Assembly: GCA_963716255.1 (NCBI GenBank)
Contig: OY970303.1
Location: forward strand, 1,248,001-1,312,000
Length of the DNA stretch: 64,000 nt
Direction: 5' to 3'
Source: an uncultured Gemmatimonadales bacterium
Lineage (GTDB): Bacteria > Gemmatimonadota > Gemmatimonadetes > Longimicrobiales > Longimicrobiaceae
Part shown: piece after piece, positions 18,219-26,653 of the stretch
How the letters are laid out: each line of letters begins with the position of its first letter
Numbering within the stretch: the first letter of the stretch is position 1
Notes under the pieces: generated by a model
What the model was told of the DNA's origin: nothing
What the model saw: the letters and a program-made list of their open reading frames with translations, nothing else
Databases searched by the model: none
Program-made: the position numbers and the translations under genes

Positions 18219-18384
18219 CCGGTCTGTGGGTGCGTGCGTTGACTTGGAACCGCGTCCCGCCGCAAAGGTGCGGGACGCGCGTGCGAACGGCAAGAACGGG
18301 ACCCGCCGGCGGGCCGCAAGCGGCGCGGGGGAGCCGCCCCGTGGACGGCTCCCCCGCGGCAGGCCGACCGCCGGAGCGGCCGCC

Positions 18385-18831
18385 TCACCCCTCCTGGATG
18401 ACCCAGACCTTGATCTCCGGGCGCACCTGCGAGTGCAGGCGGATGGGGACGGTGAAGACCCCGAGCGCCTTGATGGGCTCGTCCAGCTCGATCTGGCGGC
18501 GCTCCACCTCCAGCCCCATCTCGGCCAGCTTGTCGGCGATGTCGCCGTTGGTGATGGAGCCGAACAGCTTGCCTTCCTGCCCGGCGCGGGCGTTGAAGGT
18601 GAGGGAGACTCCCTCCAGCGTCCCGGCCCGCGCGCGGGCGGCCGCCAGCGTCTCCGTCTCCGTCTTCTCGCGCGCGACCTTCTCCCGCTCGATCTGGCGG
18701 ACGTTGCCCGGGGTGGCCTGGTAGGCGAGCCCCTGCGGGATCAGGTAGTTGCGGGCGTAGCCCGCCTTCACGTCGACGACTTCCCCGGCATCGCCGAGGT
18801 TCTCAAGCCGCTCTCTGAGGATGACCTGCAT
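18385..18831 (-). CDS. rplI: 50S ribosomal protein L9
   Basis: MQVIL..LGDAGEVVDVKAGYARNYLIPQG; GKLFGSIT. Confidence 0.98.
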   Translation of the reverse strand: MQVILRERLENLGDAGEVVDVKAGYARNYLIPQGLAYQATPGNVRQIEREKVAREKTETETLAAARARAGTLEGVSLTFNARAGQEGKLFGSITNGDIADKLAEMGLEVERRQIELDEPIKALGVFTVPIRLHSQVRPEIKVWVIQEG

Positions 18832-18861
18832 GATGGACGACTCCTTGGGATAAGCAATCGG

Positions 18862-19809
18862 TCAGGCGCGGGAGACCTGGGCCCCCCGCTTCCGAAGATC
18901 CAGCCACGTGTCCCCGAGACCGACCGCAAGGGCGGCGACGAGGACGAACTGCGAGAGGGGCGTCAGGGCGAACACGCCCACGAACAGGGCCACGACCAAG
19001 GGCGAGACCCGCGTGGCGTGCAGGAACACGCCCATTCCCCGGAGCGCGTACAGCCCGCCCATGAGCGCGAGGGCGTTGGCCCCCGCGCGCGTCGGCCCCG
19101 GTCCCAGGGGGAGGAGCACCAGCACGAGCCCCGCGATGGCTACCCACACGAGGTGGTCGCTGAAGCGGAACTCGCGCAGCGGGCCGAGCTGCGCCCACCG
19201 GCCGCCGTGCGGCGCGAAACGGACGAAGAGCCACCAGCCGAGCGCCAGCCCGGCCAGCGTCTGCAGCGCCGCGAGCGCAGGGAACACGGTCCACTGCGCC
19301 TCCCCCGCCGTCTTCACCGCCCCAGCCAGCACCTCCGTCCAGGACGACCCCGCGGACGCCTGGGCCGTGAGCTGCGCCGCGACCTGCGCGGTCACCTCAC
19401 GGACGTCACGCTGCACCCGGCCGTCCAGCACGCCCCACGCGCCGCTCGCCGCGAGCCACGCGCCGACGGTGACGGAGGCCGCCCCCAGCGCGGCGAGCGC
19501 CCGCGGGAAGAACGCCCACGCGGGCCGGCCGAGCGTCGCGAGGGCGAAGCCCCCGGCCGCGGCCAGCACCCACGCCAGCGTCGCCGACTCGGCCAGGTCC
19601 GCCGGACGGAAGCCGGCGAGCGCCAGCGCGAGCCCGGCGACCCCCAGCACCGCGACCACAGGGCGGCGCGGAGGAAGCACGACGAGCAGCGTGGAGAGCG
19701 CGACGGCCAGCAGGAGGAGCCAGTCGAGGACGGGGAAGAGCATCGCGGCGACGACGAGCGCCGCCGCGGTCCCCCACCACCCCCGGCCGGACTCCTCCCG
19801 GGAGCTCAT
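18862..19809 (-). CDS. DUF2232/YybS-like polytopic membrane protein
   Basis: Many TM helices, C-terminal GLGDTWLDLR; typical position between rpsR and rplI. Confidence 0.8.
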   Translation of the reverse strand: MSSREESGRGWWGTAAALVVAAMLFPVLDWLLLLAVALSTLLVVLPPRRPVVAVLGVAGLALALAGFRPADLAESATLAWVLAAAGGFALATLGRPAWAFFPRALAALGAASVTVGAWLAASGAWGVLDGRVQRDVREVTAQVAAQLTAQASAGSSWTEVLAGAVKTAGEAQWTVFPALAALQTLAGLALGWWLFVRFAPHGGRWAQLGPLREFRFSDHLVWVAIAGLVLVLLPLGPGPTRAGANALALMGGLYALRGMGVFLHATRVSPLVVALFVGVFALTPLSQFVLVAALAVGLGDTWLDLRKRGAQVSRA

Positions 19810-20031
19810 TCAGCTCTCGTGACCCGCGATGTACGGCAGCAGGGCCAGGTAGCGCGCCCGCTTGATCGCGGTGCCCACCTGGCGCTGGTGGCGCGCGCAG
19901 GTGCCGCTGATCCGGCGGGGAAGGATCTTCCCGCGCTCGGTGACGAAGCGGGACAGGGTCCGCTCGTCCTTGTAGTCGATGGTCCGCATCCCGGACTCGC
20001 AGATGGAACAGGCCTTACGCTGTGGACGCAT
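19810..20031 (-). CDS. rpsR: 30S ribosomal protein S18 (Cys/Zn-binding type)
   Basis: [40 protein letters not shown]. Confidence 0.98.
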   Translation of the reverse strand: MRPQRKACSICESGMRTIDYKDERTLSRFVTERGKILPRRISGTCARHQRQVGTAIKRARYLALLPYIAGHES

Positions 20032-20033
20032 GG

Positions 20034-20405
20034 TTATTCCTCCTCCCCTTCTTCGCCTTCCTCGTCCTCGTCGCGCTTGGGCGCCGGCGGAACGGGGGTC
20101 GTGGCCAGGTCGCCCTCGTTGACGACGATGAGGTAGCGGAGCAGCTCCTCGTCGAGGGTCAGGATGCGCTCGTACTCCGGAAGGAGCGCGCCGTCGGTGG
20201 TGAACTGCGTCACTACGTAGTACCCGCTGGTCTGGTCCTCGATGGCGTAGGCGAGCTGCCGACGGCCCCAGTGGTCGAGGGCGGTGATCTCGCCGCCGTT
20301 GTCACCCGCGATCAGGCCGTGGAAGCGGGTGAGCTTCTCGTTCACCCGCTCCTCCTCGACGGAGGGGTGAAAGATGTACACGATCTCGTAGTCTCTCAAT
20401 GTCAC
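20034..20405 (-). CDS. rpsF: 30S ribosomal protein S6
   Basis: [26 protein letters not shown], acidic tail. Confidence 0.96.
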   Translation of the reverse strand: MTLRDYEIVYIFHPSVEEERVNEKLTRFHGLIAGDNGGEITALDHWGRRQLAYAIEDQTSGYYVVTQFTTDGALLPEYERILTLDEELLRYLIVVNEGDLATTPVPPAPKRDEDEEGEEGEEE

Positions 20406-20642
20406 CTATCCTTTGGACATGAGGCCCCGCGCCGGTGCGCGCGGAGCAGGGACAAAAAAGATGCTGCCCCCGCGGTTCGGGGACAGCAAGGGAATATATC
20501 ACCGGGGCCGCCTATTTACAACCCGAAGGCCGCCCGCCGCTTCCGGCGACGTCGCCCCGGGGCGGTCACCCGTCGCCGGGACGGGCTCGCGCTCCACGCG
20601 GGGTGGTTTGACAGCGGCGGCGGCGCCGCACAGCTTGCCGGG

Positions 20643-21392
20643 ATGGACGCACGCCGCCTCGCCGCCGACCCGCTCCTCGCCGACTACGCGCTGCTCGCCG
20701 AGGGGAGCGCGCGCATGCTGGTGCGCCGCGGCTACGAGGCCCACGCCGCGCTGCTGGGGCTGCGCGGCGTCCCGGAGGCCACGGCGGGGTGGGCGGGCGG
20801 CGGGCGGGCGCCCCACCCGGTGGCCGCCCTCCCGGACGGCGAGGCGGCGGCGGTCCGCACCTTCCGTCGCGGCGGCGCCGTGCGCCACCTGAACCGCGGC
20901 CGCTACTTCCTGGGGCACCGCGCTTTCGCGGAACTGCGCGCGGCGGAGGCGGCCCGGCGCGGCGGGGTGCGCACTCCCCTGGCCCTCGCCGCCACGGAGC
21001 GCGGCGCCGGGCTGGGCTACACGGCCCACTTCGCCACGCTGTGGATCCCCGGTGCGCTCGACCTGGCGTCCCGGCTCGGCAGGGACGAGGCGGACGCCAC
21101 CGGCGTCCTGGCCGAGGCCGGGCGGCAGGTGGGGAGGATGCACCTGGCCGGTGTCGCGCACCCGGACCTCAACCTCCGCAACCTGCTGGTGCGCGGCGCG
21201 GAGGTGTACCTGCTCGACTTCGACCGGGCGCGCGTGTACCCGGGGCCGGTCCCCGGCTGCCAGCGCGAGCGCGACCTGCTGCGCCTGGCCCGCTCCGCCC
21301 GCAAGCTGCGCGCTCCCCTCGGCGCCGGCGGGTGGGCGGCCTTCCGCGAGGGCTACGGACCCGGCTGGCCGCTCCGCGACGACATCGGATAG
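20643..21392 (+). CDS. Lipopolysaccharide kinase (Kdo/WaaP family, KdkA-like)
   Basis: RTFRRGG, HPDLNLRNLL catalytic loop, LLDFDRA, LLRLARS. Confidence 0.85.
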   Translation: MDARRLAADPLLADYALLAEGSARMLVRRGYEAHAALLGLRGVPEATAGWAGGGRAPHPVAALPDGEAAAVRTFRRGGAVRHLNRGRYFLGHRAFAELRAAEAARRGGVRTPLALAATERGAGLGYTAHFATLWIPGALDLASRLGRDEADATGVLAEAGRQVGRMHLAGVAHPDLNLRNLLVRGAEVYLLDFDRARVYPGPVPGCQRERDLLRLARSARKLRAPLGAGGWAAFREGYGPGWPLRDDIG

Positions 21393-22405
21393 CGGGCCAG
21401 CGCCAGATCTACCTTTTCCGCCACCGCGCCGGTCGTGATCCGCTCCATGCGCCCGGGGCGGTTCCCGGCGCCGGCGGAGTAGTCCTCGCCCGGATCGCCG
21501 TACGCGTCCACCAGCAGGTCGTGGAAGCGGCGGTACGGGCCGTACCGCTTGGGGTTGGTATAGCCCATCAGCGACACCGTGGGCGTCCCCAGCGCCACGC
21601 CCACGTGCAGCGGCCCGGTGTCCGGGGAGACCAGCACGTCGGCGCGGTCCAGCAGGTACGCCAGACGGCGCAGGTCCCACTCCCGCAGGTCCAGCGGCGG
21701 GCGTGCGGCCAGGCGGCGGATCTCCGCCGCGGCGGCCTCCTCCCGCGCCGACTTTCCCCCCACCAGGATCGCGCGCGCGCCCAGCTCGCCCTGCACCCGG
21801 TCCACCAGCGCGGCGTAGCGGTCCGCCGGCCACTCCTTTTCCGGCTTGCTCGTCCCCACCACCACCGCGACCGTGGGGCGCTCCGACGCCGGGAGGAGGT
21901 GGGCGTAGCGCGCCCGCTCCTCCGCGGTGGGCCCCAGTCCCCACTCCCGCACCACCGGCACGCCCAGCGCCTCCACGAACTCCAGGTACTCATCCTGCAC
22001 GTGGCCCCGCGGCCGGGGGGGGATGCGGTGCGTGGAAAAGAGCCAGGTGAGGTCGCGCGCCCTCGCCCGGTCGTACCCCAGCCGCACCGGCGCGCGGGCC
22101 GCGGCGGCGACCAGCCCGGCCTTGAGGTACGCCTGGAGGTTGAGGACCACGTCGAAGGGTCGGCCGGCGAGCTCGCGGCGCAGCTCCAGCAGGCCGCGCG
22201 CGCCACGCCTGCGGTCGAAGAGGACGATCTCGTCCACCGCCGGGTGGCCGCGGACCAGCTCCGCGGAGGCGCGCTGCAGGATCCAGGTGACGCGCGACTC
22301 CGGGCGGTGCCGCTTCAGCGAGGCGAGCACCGGGAGCACGTGGACCGCGTTCCCCACCGTGCTCACCATCACCACGCCCACGCGGTCCAGGGGGACGCGG
22401 ATCAC
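21353..22405 (-). CDS. Glycosyltransferase family 9 (heptosyltransferase-like), paralog 2
   Basis: STVGNAVH, KEWP, SPDTGPLHVGVALGTP. Confidence 0.88.
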   Translation of the reverse strand: MIRVPLDRVGVVMVSTVGNAVHVLPVLASLKRHRPESRVTWILQRASAELVRGHPAVDEIVLFDRRRGARGLLELRRELAGRPFDVVLNLQAYLKAGLVAAAARAPVRLGYDRARARDLTWLFSTHRIPPRPRGHVQDEYLEFVEALGVPVVREWGLGPTAEERARYAHLLPASERPTVAVVVGTSKPEKEWPADRYAALVDRVQGELGARAILVGGKSAREEAAAAEIRRLAARPPLDLREWDLRRLAYLLDRADVLVSPDTGPLHVGVALGTPTVSLMGYTNPKRYGPYRRFHDLLVDAYGDPGEDYSAGAGNRPGRMERITTGAVAEKVDLALARYPMSSRSGQPGP

Positions 22406-23442
22406 GCCGCCCCGCGGTAGCGGCGGTCCCAGGTCTCCACGCGGGCGAGCACGTCCGCGACGCCGATCCGCTCCATCCGCCCCGGCCGCTTCTCCACCGA
22501 GACCGGATAGTCCTCGCCCGGGTCGCCGTACGCGTCGACCATGAGGTCGTGGAAGCGGCGGTACGGCCCCACCCGCCTGGGGTTGACGTAGCCGAGAAGC
22601 GAGATGGTGGGCGTTCCCAGGGCGACCGCGATGTGCATGGGGCCCGTGTCCAGCGAGACCACCAGCTCCGAGCCCTCCAGCACTCCCACCAGCTCGCGGA
22701 AGGGGATCCCCAGCGTGGAGACCACCTCCGTGCGGGCGAGCTCGCGGATGCGGCGCTCGGTCTCCAGCTCGCGCGCGGAGCGCCCGCCCGCCAGCACCGG
22801 GCGCAGGCCATGGCGCTCGGCGAGGGCGTCGCACAGCTCGGCCCACCGCTCCGGCAGCCACTCCTTGCGCGGGTCGCTCGCCCCGATCACCAGCGCCGCC
22901 GCAGGGCGGTCCAGCGACGCGAAGAACTCCCTCTGCCGCGGCCGCTCGTGCTCCCACGGTCCCAGCCCCCACTGCACCGGCTCGTCGGCGACGCCCATGT
23001 GGTGCAGGAACTCGAAGTACTGGTCCTGCACGTGCTGCGGCTCGTGCGGCGGGATCCGGTGGGTGGTCGCCAGCCAGTTGAGGTCGCGGGCGCGCGCCCG
23101 GTCGAAGCCGAGCTTCACCGGCGCCGTCAGCATCGCGGTCACCACCGACGCCTTGAAGTACACCTGCAGGTCCAGCACCAGGTCGAAGCGGCGCCCCGCG
23201 AGCCGCCGCCCGAGCGCGCCGAATGCCCGCCACCCGCCGGAGCGCTCGAACGGTACGATCTCGTCCACGGCGGGGTGGCCGCGCACCAGCGAGGCCGGGC
23301 CGGGCTGCAGGATCCAGGTGACGTGGCACGAGGGATCGTGGCGCTTCAGCGCCGTCACCACCGCCAGGGCGTGCACCGCGTCCCCCACCGCGCTCATCAT
23401 CACCAGGCAGATGCGCGGGGAGGGCGGAAGGACCAGGGACAT
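22402..23442 (-). CDS. Glycosyltransferase family 9 (heptosyltransferase-like), paralog 1
   Basis: SAVGDAVH, DLQVYFKA, KEWL, SLDTGPMHIAVALGTP. Confidence 0.9.
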   Translation of the reverse strand: MSLVLPPSPRICLVMMSAVGDAVHALAVVTALKRHDPSCHVTWILQPGPASLVRGHPAVDEIVPFERSGGWRAFGALGRRLAGRRFDLVLDLQVYFKASVVTAMLTAPVKLGFDRARARDLNWLATTHRIPPHEPQHVQDQYFEFLHHMGVADEPVQWGLGPWEHERPRQREFFASLDRPAAALVIGASDPRKEWLPERWAELCDALAERHGLRPVLAGGRSARELETERRIRELARTEVVSTLGIPFRELVGVLEGSELVVSLDTGPMHIAVALGTPTISLLGYVNPRRVGPYRRFHDLMVDAYGDPGEDYPVSVEKRPGRMERIGVADVLARVETWDRRYRGAA

Positions 23443-23637
23443 CGGGACGGGACTCACGGGTCGAGGGATCCCGCGGACCGGCTCGCCGGCCGCGGACGGA
23501 AGCCTAAAGGTATGCGGCGGGCCGGAGGAAGGGGAGCGTGGCATCCCGAACCGGGGAAGGTTAGAATTCCCCCGTCCCGACGGGCGGGGCTCCGGGCGGC
23601 CGCCGGCGCGCCCGGATTCACGTGAACACGCAGCAGA

Positions 23638-23859
23638 ATGAACGAGACGATCGGCTCCCTGATCGCGCAGCTCGCGCAGACCAACGTGGAGCTCTGGCAC
23701 GAGGAGGACAAGGCGCGCGTGGAGGACGACCACCAGGTCGCCGCTGCAAAGCGCGCGGTGGACCGCCTGAACCAGCGGCGCAACGACCTCATCGAGCGGA
23801 TCGACGGGGCGGTGATGGAGCTGGTGCGCGAGGCGCAGGGGGCGGGCGACCGTGGCTGA
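23638..23859 (+). CDS. DUF4254-like protein, N-terminal half
   Basis: LWHEEDKAR...[16 protein letters not shown]. Confidence 0.75.
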   Translation: MNETIGSLIAQLAQTNVELWHEEDKARVEDDHQVAAAKRAVDRLNQRRNDLIERIDGAVMELVREAQGAGDRG

Positions 23860-24121
23860 GACGGTCGGCTCCCTCGTGGACAAGCTCAGCATCGTGGAGC
23901 TGAAGATCTACCACATGCAGGAGCAGGCGGAGCGCGAGGACGCTGCGCCGGAGTTCCGCGAGCGGTGCGGGGAGCGGCTCGCCATCCTCCGCGTGCAGCG
24001 CGACGACCTGGCGGAGGAGCTTTCGGGGCTCCTCGGCGACATCGCCTCGGGAAGGACCGTCCCCAAGGTGTACCGGCAGTTCAAGATGTACAACGACCCG
24101 CAGTACCGGCGCGAGTCCTGA
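23852..24121 (+). CDS. DUF4254-like protein, C-terminal half
   Basis: [20 protein letters not shown]...QRDDL...[12 protein letters not shown]. Confidence 0.8.
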   Translation: MAETVGSLVDKLSIVELKIYHMQEQAEREDAAPEFRERCGERLAILRVQRDDLAEELSGLLGDIASGRTVPKVYRQFKMYNDPQYRRES

Positions 24122-24149
24122 CCCCGTCCTCTTCCACAGCCACGAATCC

Positions 24150-25892
24150 ATGCAGCGAAACCACGTCGTCCCGGGCGTGCTGCTTGCCCTCGCCGCGTGC
24201 GCGCCGGCGGCCGTCCCCCCGCCGGCCGTGGCTCCGCCCGCCGCCGCGGCCCCCGAGGTGCCCACCGCCGCCGCGGCGGACATGGTGCTCCGCGGAGGCC
24301 GTGTCTTCCTGGCCGACGAGGCGAACACCGTCGCCCAGGCCGTGGCCGTCCGCGACGGCAGGGTGGTGGCCGCCGGCAGCGACGCCGAGATCGCGCCGCT
24401 GGTGGGCGCGCGAACACAGGTGGTGGAGCTGGCCGGGCGGCTGGTGACCCCCGGCTTCAACGACGCGCACATCCACTTCGCCTCGGGAGGGGCGTCGCTG
24501 CTCGCCGTGAACCTGACGGGCACCACGTCCCTGGCGGAGATCGAGCGGCGCCTTGCGGCGGGCGTCGCGGCGGCGCAGCCGGGCGAGTGGGTGGTGGGAC
24601 GCGGGTGGGATCACACCCGCCTGGCGCGGGAGGAGGTGGGGACGGACGGGTGGCCGGGACGAGCCCTGCTGGACAGGGTGGCCCCGGACAACCCGGTGTT
24701 CCTGTCTCGGGTGGACGGGCACGTGGCCTGGGTGAACCGCCGCGCCCTGGAAGCGGCGGGAATCGGCCCGCGGACCCGCGCGCCCCAGGGCGGCGAGATC
24801 GTCCGCGACCCGCGCACCGGCGAGGCCACCGGGATCCTCAAGGAGAGCGCCACCGAGCTGGTGCTGCGCCGCATCCCCGACCCCACCCCGGCGCAGGTGA
24901 TGCGGGGGATCCGCGCCGCCCAGGACATGGCCGCGCGCACCGGCGTCACCAGCGTGCAGACCAGCGCCACCGCCGCGGACGTGCGCGCCTACCGGGAGCT
25001 GCTGGACCGCGACTCGCTCACGGTGCGCGTCTACGCCTGGCACCCGCTCTCGCGGGAGACCATCCGCGACTTCCGCGAGCTGGGGATCACTGCGGGCTCC
25101 GGCGGCGACTGGCTGCGCACCGGGATGCTCAAGGGGTACACGGACGGCACGCTCGGCTCCCGCACCGCGTACATGCTGGAGCCCTTCGCCGACGACCACG
25201 CCACCCACGGGCTGGCCCAGTACACCGACGCGCAGCTGGACTCGCTGGTGACCGCCGCCGACGCGGCGGGCCTCCAGGTGATCCTCCACGCCATCGGCGA
25301 CGCGGCCAACCGGCAGGCGCTGGACGCCTTCGAGCAGGCCGCCCGCGCCAACGGCACCCGCGGCCGGCGACACCGGGTGGAGCACGCGCAGATCCTCGAC
25401 CGCGCCGACATCCCGCGCTTCGCCCGCCTGGGGGTGATCGCCTCCATGCAGCCCACGCACGCCACCAGCGACATGCGCTGGGCGGAGACCCGCATCGGCC
25501 GGGAGCGCGCCGCCGAGGGCGCGTACGCCTGGCGCTCGCTCCTGGACGCCGGGGCGACGGTGGTCTTCGGGACGGACTTCGCGGTGGAGCCCATGGCCCC
25601 GGTGGAGGGGATCTACTCCGCGGTGACGCGCCAGAGCCGCGAGGAGCTGGGGACCCCGCCGGGAGGGTGGCTCCCCGAGCAGCGCCTGACGCGCGAGGAG
25701 GCCATCCGCCTGTACACCGCGGCCTCGGCGTACGGCGAATGGCAGGAGGGGCGCAAGGGAACGCTGCGCCCGGGGATGCTGGCGGACCTGGTGGTGTGGG
25801 ACCGGGACCTGCTCACCGTCGCCGAGGCGGACATCCTCCGGGCGGTGCCCGACCTGACGGTGGTGGGGGGCCGGGTGGTCTTCCGGAAGTAG
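24150..25892 (+). CDS. Amidohydrolase (Amidohydro_3/YtcJ-like), lipoprotein
   Basis: Lipobox LAAC; PGFNDAHIH, DGTLGSRTA, HAIGD, RVEHAQ, FGTD, GMLADLVV. Confidence 0.92.
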   Translation: MQRNHVVPGVLLALAACAPAAVPPPAVAPPAAAAPEVPTAAAADMVLRGGRVFLADEANTVAQAVAVRDGRVVAAGSDAEIAPLVGARTQVVELAGRLVTPGFNDAHIHFASGGASLLAVNLTGTTSLAEIERRLAAGVAAAQPGEWVVGRGWDHTRLAREEVGTDGWPGRALLDRVAPDNPVFLSRVDGHVAWVNRRALEAAGIGPRTRAPQGGEIVRDPRTGEATGILKESATELVLRRIPDPTPAQVMRGIRAAQDMAARTGVTSVQTSATAADVRAYRELLDRDSLTVRVYAWHPLSRETIRDFRELGITAGSGGDWLRTGMLKGYTDGTLGSRTAYMLEPFADDHATHGLAQYTDAQLDSLVTAADAAGLQVILHAIGDAANRQALDAFEQAARANGTRGRRHRVEHAQILDRADIPRFARLGVIASMQPTHATSDMRWAETRIGRERAAEGAYAWRSLLDAGATVVFGTDFAVEPMAPVEGIYSAVTRQSREELGTPPGGWLPEQRLTREEAIRLYTAASAYGEWQEGRKGTLRPGMLADLVVWDRDLLTVAEADILRAVPDLTVVGGRVVFRK

Positions 25893-25917
25893 CCCGCCCC
25901 CGCGGAGCTCGCATAAG

Positions 25918-25951
25918 GAGAGGGGCTCCCGGACGGCCGGGAGCCCCTCTC
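25918..25951. terminator. Hairpin between convergent genes
   Basis: GAGAGGGGCTCCCGG-ACGG-CCGGGAGCCCCTCTC. Confidence 0.7.
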
Positions 25952-25952
25952 G

Positions 25953-26291
25953 TCACCGGGCCGGGTCGTCCGGCCGCCTTCGCTCGCGCACCATCCGCAG
26001 CCCCCCGCCGGTGGGCCGCCTGAACGGGCTGCGCAGCTCCTGGTCGATCCGCTCCGCCAGGAACACCTTGATCAGCGACTGGTACGGCACGTCCCTGCGG
26101 TTGGCCAGCAGCCTGATCTCTTCAAGCATCATCTCCGGCAGCCGCAGGGAGATGGTGCGGGTGGACGGCTTGAGCTCCGGGAGCACCACCCGGCGCGCGC
26201 GGCTCCAGTCCACGTAGTCGACGGAGTCGTGCTCCGCCCAGAACTCCCGCTCCTCCTCCTCGCTCTCGAACCGCGGAAGCTTGTCGCTCAC
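25953..26291 (-). CDS. BrnA/CopG-family antitoxin
   Basis: PRFESEEEEREFWAEHDS, TISLRLP, DVPYQSLIK; GTG overlaps the toxin stop. Confidence 0.88.
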   Translation of the reverse strand: MSDKLPRFESEEEEREFWAEHDSVDYVDWSRARRVVLPELKPSTRTISLRLPEMMLEEIRLLANRRDVPYQSLIKVFLAERIDQELRSPFRRPTGGGLRMVRERRRPDDPAR

Positions 26292-26590
26292 AGGCTGCCG
26301 TAGACCTTTCTTTCGTTGCGGCTCATGTCGCGCGCCGAGATCACCCGGAGGAGCGCGCCACGAATGGCGAACACCACGAAGAGCATCCTCCCCCCGTCCG
26401 CGTGCCCCAGCGCGAAGAAGCGCTCCTCCCGCTGCGAGTGTCCCTCGTCCACGGCGACGACCAGCGGCTGGTTGAAGAAGACTTCCTCGCACTCGCCGGT
26501 GGAAACGCCGTGCTTGATCCGGTTCTTGTCGCGGTTCCCCGCGTCCCAGTCGAAGCCCTCACAGGACGCGAGCCGCTCTGTCGGCTCCAT
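26288..26590 (-). CDS. BrnT-family ribonuclease toxin
   Basis: FDWDAGNRDKNRIKHGVS, EERF, RVISARDM. Confidence 0.9.
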   Translation of the reverse strand: MEPTERLASCEGFDWDAGNRDKNRIKHGVSTGECEEVFFNQPLVVAVDEGHSQREERFFALGHADGGRMLFVVFAIRGALLRVISARDMSRNERKVYGSL

Positions 26591-26591
26591 C

Positions 26592-26620
26592 AATGTATAT
26601 TCCTCAAATATACAAGTCAA
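26592..26620 (-). promoter_or_regulatory. TA promoter/operator
   Basis: TTGACT-N17-TACATT on minus strand overlapping the inverted repeat TGTATATT-N5-AATATACA (26594-26614). Confidence 0.65.
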
Positions 26621-26653
26621 CTCCGGTCCCCGTCCTCTGCCCGGCGGGACGGG

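Noticed and set aside
19810..20405. Absence of ssb/priB between rpsF and rpsR
   Set aside because: A common arrangement in many lineages; not informative
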